Origin: Spirochaetota bacterium
Lineage (GTDB): Bacteria > Spirochaetota > UBA4802 > UBA5550
Assembly: GCA_050298055.1 (NCBI GenBank)
Contig: JBNKTL010000012.1
Location: 34,855 to 98,854 of the forward strand
Direction: 5' to 3'
Length of the DNA stretch: 64,000 bases
Below the pieces are notes generated by a model. The model worked only from the letters and a program-made list of their open reading frames with translations. It had not been told where the DNA came from and ran no database searches. The translations under genes were made by a program, and so were the position numbers. Below, one piece after another: positions 22,302 to 32,251 of the stretch. Every line of letters starts with the position of its first letter. Positions within the stretch are counted from its first letter, which is position 1.

Positions 22302-23180
22302 TCAATGTGCGTGCATAGACGCTCCAATATACATAGCTGAAAGCGATGCAAAGATATATGCCTGGATAAACGCCACAAGCAGTTCGAGCATATATATCAT
22401 CAGAGAACCGAATACCGATCCAAATCCAATCCAGTAGTTCTGGAACATAATAACAAGATAGAGAAATATTATGATAACAATATGACCTGCTGTCATATTC
22501 GCGAAAAGTCGAATTGTCAATGCAAAAGGTTTAATAAATATTCCTAAAAGTTCAATTATCCATAAAAGGGGAAAGAGGAAAAGAGGGACACCGGAGGGGA
22601 CAATTCCCTTGATAATCCAGAATGGCCCCTGTTTGATTGTTCCAATCACGATAATGCCCAGAAGTGTCAATACTGCAAGCCCGGCCGTAACGGCAAGGTT
22701 TCCGGTTGAGGTCGCCATTCCCGGGATAAGGCCGATCAGGTTCGCGAAAAGGATAAAGAAAAAGAGGCTTCCAAAATAAGGCATCGCTTTTATGATATAC
22801 TTGTGGTCAAAATTCGGTTCAACGATTTCATCATGAACAAATCCGATAAGGGCTTCCCAGAGGTTGACCCATCTCGATTTGGAACCAGCTGTATCTCTCT
22901 TGATCTTCCTCGCAAGGGGAATGAAAACTATAATTGAAAGAAACATTGCCACCCACATCATGATGACCCATTTGGTGATCCTCATGTCGAATATCCCAAA
23001 GAGTTTATTGCTGAGGATCCCGCTGTTCAATTTGCCGATAAACTCCCCAATACCCCAGAATCCATGGTCCACGGGGTGGTCGGTTATATGGTGAAGAACT
23101 ATATCATAAAGAGATTCCTTCTCCCCGGATTCTCCCCCCGATGTAATAAATGTATTGGCAAAATGAATGAATTTAATCAT
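22302..23180 (-). CDS. atpB: ATP synthase Fo subunit a
   Basis: NLIGLIP, LTIRLFANMTAGH, IQAYIF. Confidence 0.96.
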   Translation of the reverse strand: MIKFIHFANTFITSGGESGEKESLYDIVLHHITDHPVDHGFWGIGEFIGKLNSGILSNKLFGIFDMRITKWVIMMWVAMFLSIIVFIPLARKIKRDTAGSKSRWVNLWEALIGFVHDEIVEPNFDHKYIIKAMPYFGSLFFFILFANLIGLIPGMATSTGNLAVTAGLAVLTLLGIIVIGTIKQGPFWIIKGIVPSGVPLFLFPLLWIIELLGIFIKPFALTIRLFANMTAGHIVIIIFLYLVIMFQNYWIGFGSVFGSLMIYMLELLVAFIQAYIFASLSAMYIGASMHAH

Positions 23181-23363
23181 CTATATATATCCTTTTGATT
23201 ATTATCACGTTCTGTAGATAAAACAGTTTAAACTGCCACTCTGCTTGCTTTTGATTTTTATATCAAAATTATTACATACTGATTTCTAACCATCAGTCAT
23301 ATTGTCAAGTTTTTTTCTCGATTTTGCTGTTGATGATCTTTTATAAAAGATTAACAGCACTGG

Positions 23364-23621
23364 TTACATCCATTTGTATTTGTGTTTGTCCGGCTCTTCG
23401 TTGTCTTTCTGATGGCTTTTATCATCGGCCAGTTCTTTAAAGAGTGAGTAGAACCCGATGACCATGCCGAGAACAGTTCCTGAAATAAGGAAGACAGGGG
23501 TCATTTTATAGTATTGATCCAGCTTGTATCCTCCAATGACACAAATAAGTATTGTGGCTGCAAGCTGCATCCCTATTGAAACATACGCAAAAGCGCTTTT
23601 CGGGCTACCTTTCCCCTGCAT
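23364..23621 (-). CDS. AtpZ/AtpI-family membrane protein
   Basis: Two TM helices with GYKLD motif, directly upstream of atpB. Confidence 0.8.
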   Translation of the reverse strand: MQGKGSPKSAFAYVSIGMQLAATILICVIGGYKLDQYYKMTPVFLISGTVLGMVIGFYSLFKELADDKSHQKDNEEPDKHKYKWM

Positions 23622-23902
23622 TTTTTTCCCATTATTTTTAGTAAATAAAAAATATTATTACTTAAAATTGTCAATGAAATAAGGGAACCTATATGAAAAT
23701 TTAATAAAAACCATGGATAAATCCAGAATTTGTGGCTATTCAGCTGTAAAAAAGTCTCTCATCTTTGAAACTAAATATTTTATCACTACTCAATCAAAAC
23801 ATAAAAATAATCATATTTATATAAAATAGCGGGTGTATTACTGCCGCCAATATTAATTCATCAAATAATCGAATTGTGACGATAAATAATTATCAAATAA
23901 AA

Positions 23903-24038
23903 GCAACTATTCAGCTATGTATAAGAATAATTATATTTAATAAAAGATAACTGATATGTCCACCGCCTTCGGCGGCGGGGACATATTGTTAATATTTTAG
24001 TAAACAGGTTGATTATGGCCATATAGCCGGGTAGGAAC
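23903..24038 (+). mobile_element. MITE-like intergenic repeat, copy 3
   Basis: GCAACTATTCAGCTATG...AAGATAACTGATATGTCCACCGCC-TTC-GGCGGCGGGGACATATTGTT...CATATAGCCGGGTAG. Confidence 0.75.
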
Positions 24039-24068
24039 AATTAAAATTAAATAAACCGGGAATGATTA

Positions 24069-24323
24069 ATGAAGATATCAGTTAACCTTATAAAGCACGA
24101 TAATGAATTTATTGCTAATTGCCCTGAACTGGATATTAATTGCTTTGGGTCAAATAAAAATGAAGCTCTGAAAAGAATTAAGAATGTTATACATTTCTAC
24201 ATCGATTCGGCAAGAGAACTTGGCCTTGATGTTGAAAACCTGCATGAAATTATGATTGATGGAGAATCACAAATTCCTCTGGGAAGTGAATCTATTCACA
24301 CCATGCCTGATACGATCAATTAA
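24069..24323 (+). CDS. HicB-like protein (N-terminal domain only)
   Basis: FIANCPELDINCFGSNKNEALKRIKNVIHFY fits the HicB_lk pattern. Confidence 0.65.
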   Translation: MKISVNLIKHDNEFIANCPELDINCFGSNKNEALKRIKNVIHFYIDSARELGLDVENLHEIMIDGESQIPLGSESIHTMPDTIN

Positions 24324-24334
24324 CCGGCTGTTTT

Positions 24335-25426
24335 TTACTCATTTTTCATATGAACATCCATCTGAGGGAACGGAATTACAACCCCATTTTCCCTGAACCT
24401 GCTGACAATTTCAAAGTTAATGTCACTAATAATTTCAAATCTGTGCTTTGGATCGTTTGTCCACATCTCCAGGGACATATTGATGGATGAATTGTCAAAT
24501 TTTTCCAGGAGGACTTCAGGTTCCGGTTCATTGAGAATTTTTTCATGGTCAGACGCGATCCGGAGGAGAATATCCCTTACTTTTTTCACGTCTGAGCCGT
24601 ATGAAACCCCAATGGGCGCCTTGATCATTGTCTTGATGTCATTGTGGCTCCAGTTAATGACATTTTCTGAAATAAACTTGGAGTTTGGCACGATAATGAT
24701 TATATTGTCCCTTGTCTTAATGTGGGTGCTTCTTGCTTTTATCTGTTCGATTGAACCGTAGATATTGTTGACTTCAATATAATCACCAACCTTGATGTGT
24801 CTTTCAACAAGGATAACGATACCGCTGATAAAGTTACTGGCGATATTCTGAAGCCCGAAACCGATACCCACCATCAGCGCCGCGCCGATTGTTGCAAAAA
24901 CTGACAGGTTAATGCCATTCACCTGGAGCCCGATAATGACACCGGTGCCAATGATAAAATATTTCAGAAATGTATCTATGACATTTCTCAGCCCAATATC
25001 AATACCTGCCCTGGGGTAAATATCGTGATTGAGTATTTTAAGCAGATACCTCGAAAAGATGAGTGAGAGCGATATGATAATTACCAGAAGGAGTATCGAA
25101 GTGACTGATACAGGTGTGGAGCCAATGGTGATAAACGGTTTAAAGACCAGGCTGTAGGCATAATCGAAGAGAGTGCGGTCTATTCCCGTAAGACTGAATC
25201 CGATTGAAAGGGCCGCCACAATGAGTGTCAGCTTTATGAGAACAATGACAAGGTACCTGGATTTTCCCAGAGAGTCCCATATTTTTACTGTTTTTTTCTT
25301 TAAGAGCCGTAAAATCAATCTTGAGAGAATGACCGCAAAAACAACAGGAAGTATGAATTTGATCAGTATTAAGATTGAAATATTCAACCTGTCAATTGTA
25401 AAGAGTGTTCTCTCGAGAAATTCCAT
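24335..25426 (-). CDS. Small-conductance mechanosensitive channel (MscS family)
   Basis: GIGFGLQNIASNFISG, KVGDYIE, VPNS, IPFPQ. Confidence 0.93.
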   Translation of the reverse strand: MEFLERTLFTIDRLNISILILIKFILPVVFAVILSRLILRLLKKKTVKIWDSLGKSRYLVIVLIKLTLIVAALSIGFSLTGIDRTLFDYAYSLVFKPFITIGSTPVSVTSILLLVIIISLSLIFSRYLLKILNHDIYPRAGIDIGLRNVIDTFLKYFIIGTGVIIGLQVNGINLSVFATIGAALMVGIGFGLQNIASNFISGIVILVERHIKVGDYIEVNNIYGSIEQIKARSTHIKTRDNIIIIVPNSKFISENVINWSHNDIKTMIKAPIGVSYGSDVKKVRDILLRIASDHEKILNEPEPEVLLEKFDNSSINMSLEMWTNDPKHRFEIISDINFEIVSRFRENGVVIPFPQMDVHMKNE

Positions 25427-25454
25427 ATCGGTTTACTTTTGCCGGAACAATATA

Positions 25455-25533
25455 TCATTCCCGCGTAAGCGGGAATCCATTATCTTCAATAAAAACGGAT
25501 CCCGGATCGCAGCTTCGCTTCGTCCGGGATGAC
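25455..25533. repeat. REP-like double palindrome containing ATTCCC-N8-GGGAAT
   Basis: TCATTCCCGCGTAAGCGGGAATCCA ... GGATCCCGGA..TCCGGGATGAC. Confidence 0.6.
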
Positions 25534-25559
25534 AATCGAACATACTGTTCACTCAGTGT

Positions 25560-26954
25560 TTACTTGTCTTCACCTTCAAGCTTTGAAGTATTTATTTTCA
25601 TTTCATACTTTTTAAGAAGGTCCCTTTCCCAGATGCTCCGCTTCTGGGAACGCTTCCTGTGCAAGAGGGTGAACTGTATTCTTTCCTTTACGTCATTAAA
25701 GGGCTGAATTTTTGCGGCCATCTTCTTCCCCAGTTTTGACTTTTTTGTATATGCTCTTTTCTTGTTCTTTTCATATTCACGCTTTATCTCATCATCTGAT
25801 ACGCTGGTTCCCTTTGATGTAATACTGTTCTTGTACTCGCCTGCGAGAGTATATTCTTTAATGAATTTCCAGTTGAGTTTATATTCCGGTATATTATCAA
25901 TTCCCCTTTTGAGAGCTTCCCGGACCAGAAGGTCCTGCCTCATTATTCTTTTCACCAGGTGTTGTTTCCTTTTTATATCAGGGTCTTTCATCTTTCTGCC
26001 GGATTCCGCTCTCCTCTTTTTTGAAAAATCCAGGATCCTGTTCAGGTCTGAAACTTTGAAGGTTTTTTTGCCCACCGAGTAAAGTATCTCTTCCGGGTTC
26101 TTGAATGATGAAGTCTCTATCATATCCTTTACATCCGGGGCTTTCATGAGGTTTTGTTCCAGGGACTTTGCCGCGTTCATCTGGAGTCTTCTTTTAAGCC
26201 CCTCGGCTTTTTTCTTTTCGAGTATAACGCTTGAAATATTTTTGTCTGTGATCTCCTTTTTGTCTTCCAGTTTAACAATGTAGAGGGAATTTTTCAGTTT
26301 TACCGGTTTCTTTGTATATTCTCCCGGCTTTAATGATTTTGCCGCGTTGAGTACTTCTGGCTCCCTCATCCCCTGGACAAGGTAGCCGAGTTCGCCCCCG
26401 TTTTGTTTGGAAAAGTCATCGGAATATTTTTTTGCCAGTTCGCTGAAGCTCTTTTTCCGGTCAAGTTCGGTCATTATGATTTTGGCCTTTTCTCCGGCAT
26501 TTTTGAATTCTTTTTCAATTTCATTTTTGCTGAGGATGACCCTTTTTTTATTTTCAATCCTGTAATTTTTTATGGTGAGTTTAATGACCTTCAGTTTAAA
26601 GGCTTCCTCCTTGAATTCCATGCTGCTCCTGATTTTCTTTACAAAGAACCCTGCAAGAAAATTGTTTTTAACCAGTGTCATCAGTTCTTCCAGGTCTTTG
26701 GATTTAGTGAAACCCGATTTCTCAGCTTCAATAAACGCGATCCTGTCAATGGCAAACTGCTTGAGCTTGATTTTCTGGTTTGATTTTTTCTTTAAAATGG
26801 ATTTCGGGGAGAGGTTCCTGCTCTTCATCCAGTCACGGAATTCCCCCCGCGTAATGTTTCCTCCTTTGAAGCTTACCAGTACATCATTATCACCTTTACA
26901 TGCGGTTATTGTTACAACAAGGGATATGGCAATAATTGAAAGGTTTTTCAACAT
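25560..26954 (-). CDS. Parvulin/PrsA-type peptidyl-prolyl isomerase lipoprotein
   Basis: Signal ending ITAC; FSELAKKYSDD..SKQNGGELG rotamase motif. Confidence 0.8.
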   Translation of the reverse strand: MLKNLSIIAISLVVTITACKGDNDVLVSFKGGNITRGEFRDWMKSRNLSPKSILKKKSNQKIKLKQFAIDRIAFIEAEKSGFTKSKDLEELMTLVKNNFLAGFFVKKIRSSMEFKEEAFKLKVIKLTIKNYRIENKKRVILSKNEIEKEFKNAGEKAKIIMTELDRKKSFSELAKKYSDDFSKQNGGELGYLVQGMREPEVLNAAKSLKPGEYTKKPVKLKNSLYIVKLEDKKEITDKNISSVILEKKKAEGLKRRLQMNAAKSLEQNLMKAPDVKDMIETSSFKNPEEILYSVGKKTFKVSDLNRILDFSKKRRAESGRKMKDPDIKRKQHLVKRIMRQDLLVREALKRGIDNIPEYKLNWKFIKEYTLAGEYKNSITSKGTSVSDDEIKREYEKNKKRAYTKKSKLGKKMAAKIQPFNDVKERIQFTLLHRKRSQKRSIWERDLLKKYEMKINTSKLEGEDK

Positions 26955-27144
26955 TTCAGTCTCCTTTTTTTCTGTTTTTTAAATTTCTGAGAATTGGCAG
27001 GAATATGCCAACTTCATCTCCACTCGTAATATTCCTTATTGAGGGAGATAGGAAATAATGTCAAATTATTTTCGGAGAGGAGTGATTTTAAAGCAGGGAG
27101 AATTACAGTTTCCGGGAAGTGAAGAGAGATGATTGCAGTTGTGA

Positions 27145-28218
27145 TTATATCTGCACCCGTGCCCCGATCTGAATATTAATGTCCTTTTTGTTTCTCAGGT
27201 TGACCATGGATTCGGCGGTTACCCTTATGAGGGCAAGGCTGATATCGAAGCCCACAATATAAACCGGTATGACAAGGTGGGGAGTATACTTGTTTTCAGA
27301 CACAAGGGTAACATTTGCAATCTGTCCCGATGGATTGATAGCCGGTGCAGTATAAACCGGATCATCGGTGGTTGCGGTCCCGCTGGCATCAACATCCACG
27401 TTGAAATACCCGAAGTTAAAAGAGGTCCCCAGGCCTGTGTAGAATCCGAAGATCCAGAAGAGGTCCAGGTAGGCGATAAGGCTTGAGGATACGGAGACCA
27501 TGTACCACTTCACCTTTGCCGAATACTGGGGCGTCATGTCAACATCCACATCCATTGTCGTGCCGCCGCCTGTGTCTACCTCGATACCATCCATGGGATA
27601 TTCGATCTCACCACTTACCTTCGCAACCCCGTTAAGCATATCCGCCCCTAGGCTTACTGTCACTCCTCCGAAATTAAAGAGGCCGGGGAGGATGGTCTGT
27701 TTCGATACGAAGTTATAGCGTATCTTTCCCCCGATTGAATAGAGGTTGAGCTTTTCAATGTTGAGATATGACTTATCAAGGGGGGGCTGGTACATTCCCG
27801 AACTGAAAGTAAAAAACCTGAACATGATGTCGAGACCCTTGCCCATCCCCAATCCGAAATAGGCCGCGGGACTGATGCCTCCCGCAGGTTTTATATTATC
27901 GTTCTGACTCTCATCATCAAAATATTCCATATTGGTAAGACCCGCGCTCACCGATGCCCCCACGAAAAAACTGGGGAACCCTCCCAGGTAGGCGCTTCCC
28001 ACCGGGTATCCGCCCATATTTGCCAGGGCAAATCCATCGGCAACACCGGGCCCGAAGGTATCAAGGGTATCCTGAATGAGGCTTTCTACCTCGGCGAGCC
28101 CCAGAGTGGAAAAATCATAACCACCCCCGCTGGCATCGGTGGCAGTAATGGTTGTTCCCGAATAGAGAGGAATATTCAGAAACATAACAAGAGTCACTAT
28201 AATCGCAAGAAGTTTCAT
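27145..28218 (-). CDS. Exported protein, probable outer-membrane beta-barrel/surface protein
   Basis: Signal peptide MKLLAIIV...; amphipathic Gly/aromatic beta-strands; C-terminal IGARVQI. Confidence 0.55.
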   Translation of the reverse strand: MKLLAIIVTLVMFLNIPLYSGTTITATDASGGGYDFSTLGLAEVESLIQDTLDTFGPGVADGFALANMGGYPVGSAYLGGFPSFFVGASVSAGLTNMEYFDDESQNDNIKPAGGISPAAYFGLGMGKGLDIMFRFFTFSSGMYQPPLDKSYLNIEKLNLYSIGGKIRYNFVSKQTILPGLFNFGGVTVSLGADMLNGVAKVSGEIEYPMDGIEVDTGGGTTMDVDVDMTPQYSAKVKWYMVSVSSSLIAYLDLFWIFGFYTGLGTSFNFGYFNVDVDASGTATTDDPVYTAPAINPSGQIANVTLVSENKYTPHLVIPVYIVGFDISLALIRVTAESMVNLRNKKDINIQIGARVQI

Positions 28219-28438
28219 TTGTATAATATACACATTTTTTCTCTTTGAAAGGCAATAAATCATTAAATAAATCGTGTTTAATATATATTGGCCGGTGTGA
28301 TCATGTCAATGCAAATTCCCTCATGGGAAACCGGTGCACCTGTTCTTTTTCTGCTTGTTAAAATGGAAATATTATTAATAACTATACCGGGAACAGGTAC
28401 AAAATTATTTCCAGGAGTGTATAAAAGGAGTGACAGAT

Positions 28439-29572
28439 ATGGACTGGAAGAAGATCGAGGAACTCTACCCGGTAAACAGAAAAATGATATGGCTGAACAA
28501 CTGCGGGACCACACCCTCGGGTGAACATATTAAAGAAGAGGTAGCATCATTCATGGCATCTTATTCCGAGAACGGAATACTCACTCCCGATTTTCCCTAC
28601 TCAACAGTGCTGAGGGAGATACAGGACCTGCTTTCCCGCCTCCTTAACTGCAACCGGGAGGATGTGGCGCTGATACACAACACCGCAGAGGGAATGAATT
28701 TCATCTCCCATGGATTCCACTTTAAAGCCGGTGATGAGATCATCCTCCTCGAGAATGAATATCCCAGCAATGTTTACCCCTGGGAACACCTGGGGAAAAA
28801 GGGCGTAAAGATAAAGTTTGTCCCGATAGCGGATACACCGGAGGGTTTTTTTGCGGGTCTTGAAGAAGCGGTTACAGAGAAAACAGTGCTTATGTCGCTC
28901 TCCGCTGTCCACTGGTGTACGGGGATGCCCCTGCCCCTTGAAAGAATATCGGAACTCTGCCGGGAAAGAAATATCCTCTTTGTTCTTGATGCGGCCCAGG
29001 GAGCGGGACATGTTCCCCTGGATGTAAAGGAGCTTGATTGCATTATGGCTTTCTCAGCCTGGAAGTGGCTCATGGGGCCCCTGGGGCTCGGGGTCCTGGT
29101 GATACCGAAACATAAAATTGGAGTTCTTGACCCGGTATTCAAAGGGCCGGTATCGGTCACCCGTGAATTGGAGTACTTTCCTTACCGGGATGAATTTAAG
29201 CCGGGTGCGGAGAGATATATCTATTCAACCCCCGGTATCCTGGACTGGGTCTATTTCAGGGAGAGTCTCAGGCTGCTGGAAAGTATCGGCGCGGAGAAGG
29301 TCAGGGGAAGGATTTACGAGCTTGCTGATATTATTTCCGGTATGCTGGGAAGCAGGGGGTTTGACCTGGTAACGGATGGTTTCTCCGAAAAAACAGGGAT
29401 CGTTGCCGCCGAACTTTCCGGAAACGACTCTTCCCGGGTTGTAAAGGAATTGAAGGGGAGGGGGGTTATTGCCGCGGAGAGGCTGGGCAGGGTGAGGTTC
29501 TCTCCGCATATATATAATTCACCGGAGCAGATTGAGAGAGTGGGGGAGATTCTGGATGAGATATTAAATTGA
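28439..29572 (+). CDS. PLP-dependent class V aminotransferase / cysteine desulfurase-like
   Basis: HNTAEG, EYPSN, LDAAQGAG, SAWKWLMGP, RFSPHIYN. Confidence 0.88.
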   Translation: MDWKKIEELYPVNRKMIWLNNCGTTPSGEHIKEEVASFMASYSENGILTPDFPYSTVLREIQDLLSRLLNCNREDVALIHNTAEGMNFISHGFHFKAGDEIILLENEYPSNVYPWEHLGKKGVKIKFVPIADTPEGFFAGLEEAVTEKTVLMSLSAVHWCTGMPLPLERISELCRERNILFVLDAAQGAGHVPLDVKELDCIMAFSAWKWLMGPLGLGVLVIPKHKIGVLDPVFKGPVSVTRELEYFPYRDEFKPGAERYIYSTPGILDWVYFRESLRLLESIGAEKVRGRIYELADIISGMLGSRGFDLVTDGFSEKTGIVAAELSGNDSSRVVKELKGRGVIAAERLGRVRFSPHIYNSPEQIERVGEILDEILN

Positions 29573-29576
29573 TATG

Positions 29577-29687
29577 CAGAGTTTAAGATAATGTTAAATT
29601 TTGAATTTTAAATGTTAAGTTATCTGGTTAAAAAACAGTTTCTTTAATTTAACATTCAACATTCAAAATTTAGCATTAAAAACTCTG
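29577..29687. repeat. Long imperfect inverted repeat built from 7-nt units
   Basis: CAGAGTTT..AATGTTA AATTTTG AATTTTA AATGTTA ... TAACATT CAACATT CAAAATT TAGCATT..AAACTCTG between convergent genes. Confidence 0.6.
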
Positions 29688-29740
29688 TGTTTATCTGCGG
29701 TTTCAAGAGATTTATTATTATAGTGCTGATTTTTATGACG

Positions 29741-30499
29741 TCATATTGTGAGAATAGCGGGCCCGTCCCTGGTAACGGCTACCGTATGTTCAAACTGTGC
29801 CGAGAGTTTCCCGTCAGCGGTGAGGAGGGTCCAGCCATTCCCGGATTTTTTCACACTGCTCTCTCCCTGGTTCACAGCCGGTTCGATTGCAATAACAAGG
29901 CCCTCCTGAAGCGGGTAACCGCTCTCTTTTGGGCCGAAGGCGGGAACGCGGGGAAGTTCATGGAGGGAGAAGCCCGTACCGTGACCGGAAAGCTCCCGTA
30001 CCACCGAAAATCCCCGGGAAGAGATGTAATCCTCCACGGCGTGTCCAATATCCCCCGTACTGTTTCCCGGGACTGCCTGCTCGATCCCCCTGAAGAGGGC
30101 CTCCCGCGCGCACTCAACAAGCTGCCCGGCATCACCGGGAACATCGCCGGCAAAGAGAGTGACGCATGAATCGGCGAAGAAGCCGCTCTTAACGATGCCG
30201 ATATCTATTTTCAGGATATCGGTATCGTTAACCTTTCTTTTCCTTGAGGGGATCCCGTGTATGACCTCATTGTTGACGGAGATACATGAAGCAAAGTTGT
30301 AACCCCTGAGGGTCTTGAAAGCGGCTCGTGCTTTTCTCTTCAGAATGAAGTCATCGATAAATGAGTCGATCTCCCAGGTTGATTGCCCCGCCAGCTCTTC
30401 TCTCATGAGCATCCGGAAGATTTCAGAAATAATGGCTCCTGCTTCCCTGATCCTCTTTATTTCGTCAGGAGTCTTCAGCCTGACTTTTCCCCTTTTCAA
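29741..30499 (-). CDS. map: Type I methionine aminopeptidase
   Basis: CISVNNEVIHGIP, DIG, FADS, GHG, IEP, AQFEHT. Confidence 0.95.
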   Translation of the reverse strand: MKRGKVRLKTPDEIKRIREAGAIISEIFRMLMREELAGQSTWEIDSFIDDFILKRKARAAFKTLRGYNFASCISVNNEVIHGIPSRKRKVNDTDILKIDIGIVKSGFFADSCVTLFAGDVPGDAGQLVECAREALFRGIEQAVPGNSTGDIGHAVEDYISSRGFSVVRELSGHGTGFSLHELPRVPAFGPKESGYPLQEGLVIAIEPAVNQGESSVKKSGNGWTLLTADGKLSAQFEHTVAVTRDGPAILTI

Positions 30500-30523
30500 A
30501 AGGCCTCTCCGGAAAAATCAGCT

Positions 30524-31585
30524 TTATGCTTCTGCAGTCTTCTTCTCCTTTGGAGCTTCTTTTGGCTCCTGTTCGGCTACAGGCATCCCCACGGCCTTTT
30601 TGATCTTTATCTCTATCTCTCTGGCCATGGAGGGGTTTTCGGAGATATACTTCTTGGAATTCTCTCTTCCCTGGCCTATTCTCTCCTCTCCGTAGGAATA
30701 CCATGTTCCGGCTTTCTTGATGATATCGTGTTTTACTCCCATATCAAGAATGCCTCCCTCCCGGGAGATCCCTGTTGCGAACATCATGTCAAATTCCGCC
30801 TGCCTGTGGGGAGGCGCGAGTTTGTTTTTCTTTACCTTGACCCTGACCCTGTTGCCGATGGCGTCCTCACCGCTCTTCAGGGTCTCTATCTTTCTGATAT
30901 CGAGCCTTACCGAGGAGTAGAACTTCAGGGCGTTACCGCCGGTTGTGGTTTCCGGTGAACCGAACATAACACCGATCTTGTGCCTTATCTGGTTAATAAA
31001 GATAACGCTTGTCTTGGATTTGGAGATGACACCGGTGAGCTTTCTGAGCGCCTGGCTCATGAGCCGTGCCTGGAGACCCATGTGTGCGTCACCCATCTCT
31101 CCGTCTATCTCGGCCTTGGGGACAAGGGCGGCCACGGAGTCTACTACGATTACGTCTATGGCATTTGATCTTACCAGGGCCTCGGTTATCTCCAGTGCCT
31201 CTTCACCGGTGTCCGGCTGAGAGATGAGAAGCTGTTCGGTCTTTACTCCGAGCTTTGTGGCGTATGTGGGATCAAGAGCATGCTCCGCGTCAACGAATGC
31301 CGCTACGCCGCCCCGTTTCTGGGCCTGGGCAATAACATGAAGGGTGAGAGTGGTCTTGCCGGAGGATTCCGGCCCGTATATCTCGATGACCCGTCCCCGG
31401 GGAACACCGCCGATTCCCAGGGCTATGTCCAGTTCAAGTGAGCCTGTGGGGATGGATTCGATCTGGATCTTGGCATTCTTATCGCCGAGAAGCATAATGG
31501 AGCCCTTGCCGTGCTGCTTCTCTATCTGCATCATCACAGATTCGATTGCCTGGTTCTTTTCGTTGAGTTCTGTCTGCTTGCTCAT
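30524..31585 (-). CDS. recA: Recombinase A
   Basis: [24 protein letters not shown]. Confidence 0.99.
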   Translation of the reverse strand: MSKQTELNEKNQAIESVMMQIEKQHGKGSIMLLGDKNAKIQIESIPTGSLELDIALGIGGVPRGRVIEIYGPESSGKTTLTLHVIAQAQKRGGVAAFVDAEHALDPTYATKLGVKTEQLLISQPDTGEEALEITEALVRSNAIDVIVVDSVAALVPKAEIDGEMGDAHMGLQARLMSQALRKLTGVISKSKTSVIFINQIRHKIGVMFGSPETTTGGNALKFYSSVRLDIRKIETLKSGEDAIGNRVRVKVKKNKLAPPHRQAEFDMMFATGISREGGILDMGVKHDIIKKAGTWYSYGEERIGQGRENSKKYISENPSMAREIEIKIKKAVGMPVAEQEPKEAPKEKKTAEA

Positions 31586-31609
31586 GTTTACCTCTGTACG
31601 TTTTTTTTA

Positions 31610-31727
31610 TAATTATTAAGCTATATGACTATAATAAATCTACTTCCTGTAGATAGTAAGAATATGTTCCCGCCGCCGAAGGCGTCGGGAACATATCAGT
31701 TGTCTTTTATACATAACCAAGTAGTAA
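31610..31727 (-). mobile_element. MITE-like repeat, copy 4 (immediately upstream of recA)
   Basis: ATATGTTCCCGCCGCC-GAA-GGCGTCGGGAACATAT (31662-31696); end CATAACCAAGTAGT. Confidence 0.65.
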
Positions 31728-31800
31728 AGTTAGATTTATCTTTTCATAATCCCTTATAATAATATACGCTTGAGAGAGAAAAAAATTAAAATTTTTTTTT

Positions 31801-31886
31801 ACTATTCAGTTATATGGCTAAAATCTATTTGCTTAAATATCAACAATCAGTTATGTCTCATTTTGTAAAGTATAATAATGAGTAAC
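31801..31886 (-). mobile_element. MITE-like repeat, copy 5, lacking the central hairpin
   Basis: ACTATTCAGTTATATGGCTAAAA...AAATATCAACAAT|CAGTTAT...TGAGTAAC; the two flanks are joined directly. Confidence 0.55.
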
Positions 31887-31920
31887 TGCTTATCTGTAAG
31901 AGCAATTATGTTATTATTTT

Positions 31921-32061
31921 GTAACTACTCAGCTATATAGCTAAAAATATACATATTTAATAAGATATCAACAATGTGTCTTTGCCGCCTTCGGCGGCGG
32001 GGACACATCACTTATCTTTTATTTATTAACATGTCTATTTTATACATTGCTGAGTAATAAC
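31921..32061 (-). mobile_element. MITE-like repeat, copy 6
   Basis: GTAACTACTCAGCTA...ATGTGTCTTTGCCGCC-TTC-GGCGGCGGGGACACAT...GCTGAGTAATAAC. Confidence 0.75.
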
Positions 32062-32251
32062 ATTATTTCATAAAATTCATAAATGAACAGTTATATTAAG
32101 AGAAGGTTTTTGTCAAGAAAAATACTATATATATGTTGGGGTAAATGTATTATCTGTTTTAATACGATTATAGATAGTTGAATCAGGATTGTCTGTAAAC
32201 CGATGATATAATTGAGTTATATAATAGTTCAGATGGAAATGCGTATAATTT

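Noticed and set aside
29687..30958. Plus-strand ORFs of 160, 126 and 191 aa
   Set aside because: Antisense to map and recA
31586..31800. LexA/SOS box upstream of recA
   Set aside because: No recognisable SOS palindrome; the region is mostly repeat-derived
31610..32061. Clustered palindromic repeats as a possible CRISPR array
   Set aside because: Units are ~140 bp, divergent and dispersed across the window, with no constant repeat-spacer period and no cas genes
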